From: Zygophlyctis sp. KS116
Taxonomy: Eukaryota > Fungi > Chytridiomycota
Length of the DNA: 7,837 bases
Reading direction: 5' to 3'
NCBI GenBank assembly: GCA_054661495.1
Contig: BAAFSQ010000399.1
Coordinates: 1 to 7,837, forward strand
Shown: positions 1 to 6,647 of the stretch, in pieces
Position numbering within the stretch: the stretch's first letter is position 1
Layout of the letters: each line of letters begins with the position of its first letter
Made by a program: the position numbers and the translations under genes
The notes under the pieces: generated by a model
Told to the model about the DNA's origin: nothing
The model's database searches: none
Seen by the model: the letters and a program-made list of their open reading frames with translations, nothing else

Positions 1-478
1 AATAGCAACCATTAGTTAAGAATGCAGCTTGAGATTGAAATAATGAATTTTCCATTGAGAATCTTAAAATATCAATTGTAATATTAGATTTTTGAGCAGC
101 AAAAATACAATTCATGACTGGAATATATTCCAATGGAGAATCATTTTGTCTTGAAATAATTAGAATTCTCGGATCCAATTGATTTTGTAATCCACAAAGT
201 GCTAATGATAATGCACTAGAAATTGGATTATTCGAGATTTTAGTAAATTTTAGATTTTGAATTCCATTTATCAGTAATTGATTAATTCTATCAAAGGGAG
301 GATAAATATCAGAGTATTCTTGAGATTCTAATTTTAACCAAAAAGATCCACTTGATGAAGAAATCACAAGTCTAGTCTCAGAGTCTTCAATGACACTAAG
401 AGTATGTAAAAAAGTTAAAAGAGGAGGTATGATTCCCTGATCTTGTAATGCGAGAATATCAATAATAACAATAATCAT
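1..478 (-). CDS. TFB4: TFIIH subunit Tfb4/p34 (GTF2H3), 5' part; runs off the left edge
   Basis: Hand translation from ATG at 478-476 is open to the window edge (159 codons): MIIVIIDIL...ISSALSLALCGLQNQLDPRILIISRQNDSPLEYIPVMNCIFAAQKSNITIDIL...QSQAAFLTNGCY. The ALSLALC, RILII, YIPVMNCIFAAQK and QAA..T.G.Y motifs are typical of Tfb4. Not in the ORF track because the stop lies outside the window. Confidence 0.92.
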   Translation of the reverse strand, partial: MIIVIIDILALQDQGIIPPLLTFLHTLSVIEDSETRLVISSSSGSFWLKLESQEYSDIYPPFDRINQLLINGIQNLKFTKISNNPISSALSLALCGLQNQLDPRILIISRQNDSPLEYIPVMNCIFAAQKSNITIDILRFSMENSLFQSQAAFLTNGCY

Positions 479-544
479 TTTAAAAGACTGTAGGTTCCTG
501 CCATCCTACACTTGACTACCATCCTACTCTTTAAGTAGATTTCG

Positions 545-610
545 CTAGGTTTTACATTTTTGCAGTAGGTTTTAGACTGAATTTACTAGGTTTTACATTT
601 TTGCAGTAGG
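545..610. repeat. Perfect 25-bp direct repeat in the TFB4/FIBP divergent intergenic region
   Basis: ctaggttttacatttttgcagtagg at 545-569 and 586-610. Confidence 0.95.
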
Positions 611-676
611 GCTGTCAGAACTCTCAATTGTAAAGTTGCGATTGTTGCGATTGTAGGAAGAGAAAAGGTCGGATAA

Positions 677-1812
677 ATGGAATTCTCAGTCGTCTTGACA
701 AATACAATGTACATTGATAAAACCCTGTGGAAATTATGGCTGCTGGGTCTAAACATTGAACAATGTGGGATTCTTCTAAAAGAAAAAAAAGAAAAATCAT
801 TTATTACAAGTCAATTCAGGAATTTTGAATTGTTGGAGCCTTGGCTTCATAGGCCAAAAAGTCTATATACTCAAATGTTGTTATGGTTACCGCCAATAAT
901 TAAATCTTTTTTGATTCATTCTTACTATTCTTTTGATGAAAGAGTACTCAGGGAAATCCTAGGAAAGAAATTAAATTCTAGAGCTAGAAAGGAATTGGAA
1001 GAAATTGTTTCTAAAACTAAAATTCCTTTAAATGGTTGCAGGAGAATGTTTGATAATTTTAAACGTGTTTCAAAAAGATTAGAAGATACTTCAGGATCAC
1101 TAGTAGATACTATACAGTATGATTTTTTATTACCAAAGGAATTGGCAAATCAATATTCAAATATAATCTTTTTAAACTATTATAGGATTGATACTTTTAA
1201 GAAGAAACTCTCTTATCTACGATTTTCAGATTTTGAATATAGTAAGTTTATTTTTTATTTTAATTAAAAAAGTTGGAGCTGCATTAATGGAATATTTTAC
1301 TTATAGGAAAGGATCTTGTTTAGATGAATTAGATTCAGGATTATGTCAAGATTCAAGAGATTTGAAATATGTTTTATTCAATTCAAAGGATACTTTGGAT
1401 GAACTAAAGACTCTAGTGTCTAGTAATTCAGATGGTTTTATAGATAAAATTTCTATAAATACTTTTAAAACAATAATAAGATCTATTCTTGCAATTGGGG
1501 CTGGATTAGTTCATGCAAAAGAATTAAAAGACATTATATCAAATATACAAGGTATTTTTAAATTTTATTTAGGAAATAGAAAAAATTGTAGAGCCTTGCG
1601 TGTCTCTTGGATGGTCTGCATCTGACACTGATAATTTTTTTACTTGTTTAATAGATGCATTTTCTAAAATGAAATTATCATCTGTACCTGGACAATCAAC
1701 TCTAGATACTCAAAGAAAAAGATGGAATGAATCGTTTAATCGTATTATTTTAGGAATTAAAACTACTGCTATACGTATGCACCAACAAGCAACAAATGCT
1801 TCATCCCGCTAA
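677..1812 (+). CDS. FIBP: Acidic FGF intracellular-binding protein (FIBP) homolog; exons 677-1241, 1273-1551, 1580-1812; 358 aa
   Basis: YYSFDERVLREILGKKLNSRARKELEEI...IPLNGCRRMFDNFKRV and EKIVEPC..W resemble FIBP. Three track ORFs join in frame through two GT-AG introns (FEY-I-GAALM; NIQ-E-KIVEPCVSLGW). Confidence 0.92.
1242..1272 (+). other. Spliceosomal intron, 31 nt (FIBP intron 1)
   Basis: gtaagtttattttttattttaattaaaaaag; removal restores the reading frame. Confidence 0.9.
1552..1579 (+). other. Spliceosomal intron, 28 nt (FIBP intron 2)
   Basis: gtatttttaaattttatttaggaaatag; removal gives the conserved EKIVEPC. The earlier AG at 1571-1572 would lead to a premature stop at 1625. Confidence 0.88.
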
Positions 1813-2385
1813 CTGATGTATCAGATTTATAATTCTTGTTCTAATAGTATTAGAGTCAAACTGTATATCTCTTGAAATCTTTAAATTTTTTGAAATTATT
1901 TCTGAAATTATTATTACGTAAAGACCACAATCATAATTATTACTCTGTAGACTAATTTCCATTTGAGTAAAATCAATTGGTTTAGATTTGATATATTTAT
2001 AAATCCTTGTACAAGTTTTTTTAGCTAAATTTGTATTATAGTCAGATGCTAAAGAATCATAGTAGAACCATTTATCCGATTCTTTTAGATATACCGCCAA
2101 AGACCAATGAGTGCCACCAATTTCTTGACCTTGATGATCATTGATTGGAACTAGTAAAATTTGGGAATTTAGAGCCTTTCCATCCAAGACATGTAATGGA
2201 ATATTTTGGACAGAGTCTCTAATCCAATGCACGACGCTGGGACCTAAATAACCAATTTGTGTATTTCCATTAGTAATGTATTCTAGCCAAAATTCAAGAA
2301 TTGAATCTGTGATCCAGCCCCTTGGAGACAGAGAATCTAGATCATGCTGATAGAGCACAACTGAATCAAACGTAAACTTGTGCAT
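1801..2385 (-). CDS. SENP8: NEDD8-specific protease SENP8/DEN1/NEDP1 (Ulp1 peptidase C48 family); 194 aa from the first ATG
   Basis: DSVVLYQHDLDSL..RGWITDSILEFWLEY, LLVPIND...GGTHWSLAV (catalytic His), YYDS (Asp), QSNNYDCGLYV (Gln and Cys). The track start at 2424 is TTG; the ATG at 2385 matches the usual short N-terminus. Confidence 0.9.
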   Translation of the reverse strand: MHKFTFDSVVLYQHDLDSLSPRGWITDSILEFWLEYITNGNTQIGYLGPSVVHWIRDSVQNIPLHVLDGKALNSQILLVPINDHQGQEIGGTHWSLAVYLKESDKWFYYDSLASDYNTNLAKKTCTRIYKYIKSKPIDFTQMEISLQSNNYDCGLYVIIISEIISKNLKISRDIQFDSNTIRTRIINLIHQLAG

Positions 2386-2504
2386 CCAGCAAGAACACTT
2401 GAGTGCCAGCAGAACTGATAACAAGCCCTACCGCCTTTGAACTTTTATTGTTTGCCATTGTCATACAGTGACTGATAGTGACTGTAGTAGTGATAAAAGA
2501 GGAA

Positions 2505-3128
2505 ATGTCACTGACGCTAAACAAGGTAGAGGATCTTGTCATCCAATCTAAAATACATCTAGACACTAGACCAATTAAACGGCTCTTGAAAGCAGTGTCA
2601 ATGTTTTTGTAAGATTTAGAAATCTAAAGAGAAAGAGCAACTAGAGATGAAGAGAATTTAAATTTAGAATTGTTAAACTTTGATCTTTTATTAAAGAAAT
2701 TTCATTTATTGCAGGAATTCTCTTCAAGACAAAATCTAGAATTTAAAACTTTGGAGACTTTGACTGATTGTGAAATTCTAAAAATTCAAGATGAAATATT
2801 AAATCTAAAATCAGATTTGGAAAAATCACTAGAAATCAAGACTAGAAAAATTTCTTATGATTCTATTGCTAAATCTATTAAAAAGATTTCTTCTAGAGAC
2901 AAGAGTGATCGTAAAATGAAACGATTAGAAAAGGAAATTCAAAAGTTGCAGCAAGAAAATGATTTACTGGTAAAAGCAAAGGAATTTAGAAGAGATAAAC
3001 TTCAAATTTTAGTCTCTACAATGCACGATTTTCAAGATGAAATTTTACTATTGAATACAGAAAAGAATGACGATCTTGAAGATGTTAGTGAAGATGATGA
3101 AGAAGATTTAGATCTCATGGAACTTTAG
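2505..3128 (+). CDS. THOC7: THO complex subunit 7 (THOC7/Mft1-like); exons 2505-2608, 2636-3128; 198 aa
   Basis: Exon 1 MSLTLNKVEDLVIQSKIHLDTRPIKRLLKAV, then coiled-coil LELLNFDLLLKK...LKSDLEKSLEIKTRKISYDSIAKSI...SRD, RRDKLQILV..MHDFQ and an acidic tail. This matches the THOC7 pattern (K..R....EYD.LA..I...P.R; RRKQF..L...H.LQ). Confidence 0.8.
2609..2635 (+). other. Spliceosomal intron, probably 27 nt (THOC7)
   Basis: gtaagatttagaaatctaaagagaaag; removes in-frame TAAs at 2610 and 2625. Alternative in-frame acceptors end at 2629 and 2644. Confidence 0.75.
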
Positions 3129-3203
3129 GAATCGTGTTAAAGTCTTTACCATTAATTCATTATAATTAGTTTTAAATATAAAAACCACTAGACTAAAATA
3201 TAC

Positions 3204-3900
3204 TTAATATGGGAATAATTGGTGTTTTGGAACCTATATTTTTAAAATTTTTAAATTACACGTTGAGGACATTGATAAATCCAGTGTCCTTTAACCATAC
3301 AAATCTTGCAGATATATGTCTCTGGTGGAGGATTGTGCTTTGGAAGAGGACACTGTTGAATCCTAAATATTAATTTTTTCTAAAATTTAGAAATTACCAG
3401 TGTCCTGGAGTTTGACATTTTCTACAAACATATCCTTCTGGTGGTGCTGAACTTGATCTTATAGGCCAAGTAATCTGTTGATTTGCAATTAATCTATTTG
3501 CCAATTGTGGTTTCATTGCCAATGGTCCAAAAGTTTTTATATTTTCTCTTTTTCTTTCTTGATACAGAGTGCAATTCTTTAACCAGTGTCCTTTTACCAT
3601 ACACAATTTACAAATATAACCTTGTGGAGGAACAGAAAATTGTTGTGTGAGATCAAGAGATTCAAATTCTGAAGTGAGTTCCAGGGCGTCTCTAGTTCTT
3701 TCATATTCTACCAAATCAGAGACTGGAGGAGATTGCGGCTGCTGCTCAACGCCATGCAGGGGAGTCCACGCAGTAGTATTAAACAGTCCAGAGTAAAATT
3801 GTGGGGAGAGCGACCATTGTCCAGAGGATTTGTACCATTCATTGTCCTTGCTAGACCATAATGATTCACTGGAATGTAAAAGGTCGTTGGGAGTCAACAT
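3204..3900 (-). CDS. Protein with three CX2CX3GHX4C zinc knuckles; exons 3900-3398, 3362-3260, 3233-3204; about 211 aa
   Basis: PPQGYICKLCMVKGHWLKNC, PPEGYVCRKCQTPGHW/IQQC (split by an intron) and PPETYICKICMVKGHWIYQC resemble the RBBP6/Mpe1-type knuckle. First ATG at 3900. If the last intron is not spliced the CDS ends at 3251. Confidence 0.85.
3234..3259 (-). other. Probable spliceosomal intron, 26 nt (zinc-knuckle gene intron 2)
   Basis: gtaatttaaaaattttaaaaatatag, same style as the other introns, followed by a less AT-rich segment encoding VPKHQLFPY*. No homology support. Confidence 0.65.
3363..3397 (-). other. Spliceosomal intron, 35 nt (zinc-knuckle gene intron 1)
   Basis: gtaatttctaaattttagaaaaaattaatatttag; removal completes the GHW-IQQC knuckle. 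Confidence 0.92.
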
Positions 3901-4144
3901 TTTCAAGTCTCGCGTTTAAAAATCTCAAATTTCCGATCAAAGTTTTGCTTCTAGTGCAGAGGCTGAACCACAAATCTCGATCTGAGAATCCTAAATTGGT
4001 TAAATTTTAGTGGATTTCCATGAATTTACAGACAAATTTGTCTGATTTATGGCCTTTTTAACTCAAATTTGACTGATTATAGATCTAATTTCAACTCACG
4101 TGGACACAGACCCGAAAGCGTCCAAGGTTGATTTGTTTTTAGTC

Positions 4145-4198
4145 ATCTGGGATTTCTAATGCTTTTAAGATCTGAGATTTCTAGTGCTTTGTAGATCT
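4145..4198. repeat. Imperfect 25-bp tandem repeat just downstream of the DnaJ stop codon
   Basis: atctgggatttctaatgcttttaag / atctgagatttctagtgctttgtag / atct; 21 of 25 identical. Confidence 0.85.
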
Positions 4199-4216
4199 TA
4201 AGGTTTAATAATAGCA

Positions 4217-5429
4217 TTACTTAAATAATGTATTTAATATTGACATTTCAGACTCTGAAAAGGAAGAGGGATACACGACCTGGATAGTAACATAAATGTT
4301 TCCAGTTTCAATAGTAGAACTAGGCATTCCAAGAGATGGGATAGTTATAACAGATCCTTTAAAATTAGAAATTTCTTTTAAAAAATACCAGGTTGAGTGG
4401 GTCCTGTTCGTTCCAATTTCCAATTTGAGCCGTCTAAATGTGGTATTTCATGACTAAAACCTAGCAAAGATTCTTTAAGAGTAATAGTCTCTACAAGATA
4501 CAAGTGCCGGCCTTTTCTTTCATACATGGGATGAGATGAAACTTGTACTTCAAAAATCAAGTCTCCAGGAGTAGAGTCTGGAGATTGATCACCTTCTCTT
4601 TCAAATACGATTTCATCACCAGTATCCATTCCTTTTTCTAAAATTATAGAAAGTTGAGATGATCCTCTTTTAACTTTTTTACCAGAACAAGCAGGACAAG
4701 ATGCTTTTACAATTTTACCTTTTCCACCACAAGAATCACATAAAACTTGCATTTGTTGATACATTCCAGGTGCAAGCATTTGTCTTACAATTTTAATCCC
4801 TTGTCCATTACAAGAATTACAAGTTTTAATATCATTTGAATCTTTTGCACCTGTTCCTCTACACGTAGAACAAAGTACTTGTTTATTCAAATCAACCTTG
4901 TATTAATATATAAAGAGTACTTCTAAAATCTTTCCATTATAGACATCTTGTAAAGAGACTATTAAAGTAGATTTAATATTTGGACCTTTTTTCATTCTTG
5001 TGTCTGATTGTCTAGATCCACCAAAAAATCTAAAAATTATTTATAAAAGAAAATACTGAGAAAAAATATCAAAAGGATCATGAAACTGTTGACCGCCGCC
5101 ATCTAATCCTGCCTCTCCATACTGATCATAAACTCTTCTTTTCTCATCATCAATTAAAACCTCGTACGCTAAAATTAATTTTTATAATATACCTTTTGCC
5201 AGTTCTACAAATTTATCTTGTGCATCTGCATTCTTGTTCTTGTCCGGATGATATTTCTTTGACAACTTTTGAATTATTAAGCGTAAAATACAGTTTTATA
5301 AGCCTTTTTAATTTGTTTTTTAGAAGCATTGGAATCTACACCCAGAATTTCATAAAAACTTTTTGCTTGTACAAGACAGCACAATAATAAAAGCAAAAGT
5401 TGAAAAAGAATGAAAAAACTTGTTTTCAT
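4217..5429 (-). CDS. SCJ1: ER-lumen type I Hsp40/DnaJ, Scj1-like; exons 5429-5292, 5265-5193, 5168-5057, 5029-4921, 4896-4389, 4356-4217; 359 aa
   Basis: Signal peptide [22 protein letters not shown]; J domain FYEILGV...[17 protein letters not shown]...[22 protein letters not shown]; [14 protein letters not shown]; four CxxCxG repeats ([32 protein letters not shown]); C-terminal domain with PGDLIF, ESLLGF, HLDG and GMP. Confidence 0.93.
4357..4388 (-). other. Spliceosomal intron, 32 nt (DnaJ intron 5)
   Basis: gtattttttaaaagaaatttctaattttaaag; joins [15 protein letters not shown]. Confidence 0.9.
4897..4920 (-). other. Spliceosomal intron, 24 nt (DnaJ intron 4)
   Basis: gtactctttatatattaatacaag; joins [14 protein letters not shown]; contains an in-frame TAA. 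Confidence 0.9.
5030..5056 (-). other. Spliceosomal intron, 27 nt (DnaJ intron 3)
   Basis: gtattttcttttataaataatttttag; joins DIFS-Q-FFGG; contains an in-frame TAA. Confidence 0.9.
5169..5192 (-). other. Spliceosomal intron, 24 nt (DnaJ intron 2)
   Basis: gtatattataaaaattaattttag; joins ELAK-A-YEVL; contains an in-frame TAA. Confidence 0.92.
5266..5291 (-). other. Spliceosomal intron, 26 nt (DnaJ intron 1)
   Basis: gtattttacgcttaataattcaaaag; joins [14 protein letters not shown]. Confidence 0.92.
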
Positions 5430-5484
5430 GTCACTAGGGTCTTCTTAGGGTCTAATCTTTCTATTTCAAGTTTATTAGGAATAT

Positions 5485-6519
5485 TCAAATACAAACTGGA
5501 TAATATAAATATTTGCAGTTGCATTCATCTTGAAAAGAGACAAATTTCCCATTTTCACGATAAAATCCAGTCAGAATATTCCCATATTTTCCTTTATAAT
5601 CTTCCTGATTATACCAAAGCCTACTTTCTGTAATTTCTAATCCACTCTTATCTCCATTAAAATGTATTAATGATGGAAACGTTCCTGTCCTAATATTTTG
5701 AAATAGTCCATTTGTATAATTTACTTTTATGTCCCTAATAGATTTCCACATACTTTGAAACATACTAGAATAATAATCAACCGTCATATTATGCTTTCCA
5801 GATGTAAAAATTAAATTTGCAATTTCTTGATCATCATCTACTTTATTTTCAATATACTTTATAGTATCCTTGAAAAAATCTACAGATTCTAAAACAGATC
5901 CAATCAATAATCCACTATTCAAAAACCGTACTGGTACACTACTTTCTCTAGAGTCATCCTTACTCCTTGTTTGATTATAAATGTCTTGTACTTTAAAATT
6001 TCTAGGATATAAATCACAAAAAGTCTTATTTTTCCCTGGCCAACAATTCTTTTCTGCACTATATACCAGCGGTGTGTTAATTTCTTTATATTTTTTCATA
6101 ATTTCTCTTGGTCCTTGTTGAAACAAGACATCGAATCCATCCAAGAAAAGTAGAGTAATGTCTGGATATTTATTCAAGAGTTGATTAGATATTTTCCCAA
6201 AAGCAGGAAGTTTATTCAATTTATCTGATGATCCTCCCAGTCCAACCACCATTAATGGAACTCTATTTGATATTGAAGAATACAAAGTTTTACAAAACTT
6301 GTCATTTATAGAACTAGCATAAGTAATTGCAAGAAATCCATCTTTTTGTATAATCTGATCCAATGAAATTTCTGAATTTCCTAGAGTTTCAATTGACACT
6401 AGAGCATTCTTTATCCATTGCTCATACTTCAAGTCTAAAAGACATAATAGTATAATACTGACCAATAGAAACATGATGATTGGAATCCGTATAGCTGGAA
6501 ACACTTTAAACAATGGCAT
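5485..6519 (-). CDS. Type II membrane glycosyltransferase, stand-alone PLOD/LH3 GT-domain-like; 344 aa, intronless
   Basis: N-terminal hydrophobic anchor IPIIMFLLVSIILLCLL; motifs LLFLDGFDVLF, LVYSAEKNCWP, RFLNSGLLIG, DDDQ and PSLIHFNG are typical of the PLOD glycosyltransferase domain. No 2OG dioxygenase domain. Confidence 0.85.
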   Translation of the reverse strand: MPLFKVFPAIRIPIIMFLLVSIILLCLLDLKYEQWIKNALVSIETLGNSEISLDQIIQKDGFLAITYASSINDKFCKTLYSSISNRVPLMVVGLGGSSDKLNKLPAFGKISNQLLNKYPDITLLFLDGFDVLFQQGPREIMKKYKEINTPLVYSAEKNCWPGKNKTFCDLYPRNFKVQDIYNQTRSKDDSRESSVPVRFLNSGLLIGSVLESVDFFKDTIKYIENKVDDDQEIANLIFTSGKHNMTVDYYSSMFQSMWKSIRDIKVNYTNGLFQNIRTGTFPSLIHFNGDKSGLEITESRLWYNQEDYKGKYGNILTGFYRENGKFVSFQDECNCKYLYYPVCI

Positions 6520-6559
6520 TATGTGGCACCTCTATAACTTATAACCTATCGAACGCGGC

Positions 6560-6630
6560 GCTCTTATTAGCTCTTATTAGCTAGTGCCATACTAACTACT
6601 AGCATAAAGCATAAGTAAGTACTAGCATAA
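6560..6630. repeat. Short repeats in the glycosyltransferase/PCI divergent intergenic region
   Basis: ctcttattag twice in tandem (6561-6580); tactagcataa at 6597-6607 and 6620-6630. Confidence 0.85.
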
Positions 6631-6647
6631 CTACTAAGAGGAAGTAA

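Noticed and set aside
545-610. 25-bp repeat with a 16-bp spacer as a mini CRISPR array or element termini
   Set aside because: Only two copies, spacer too short, eukaryotic context, no cas or transposase gene.
2366-2566. 66-aa minus-strand ORF in the track
   Set aside because: Antisense to THOC7 exon 1, spans the promoter spacer, and has no recognisable motif.
3204-3900. Zinc knuckles as retroelement Gag
   Set aside because: Spacing is CX2CX3GHX4C with a PP..Y prefix of RBBP6 type, the gene has introns, and no pol or LTR is present.
4051-4060. ggccttttta resembling U5 snRNA loop I
   Set aside because: Does not match GCCUUUUAC exactly and no convincing flanking stem was found.
677-5429. Broken ORFs read as pseudogenes, programmed frameshifts or stop-codon reassignment
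   Set aside because: Every break is resolved by a GT-AG segment whose removal restores conserved motifs. TAA, TAG and TGA all serve as terminal stops.
5196-5633. Plus-strand ORFs 5196-5387 and 5400-5633
   Set aside because: Both start at TTG and are antisense shadows of the DnaJ and glycosyltransferase genes.
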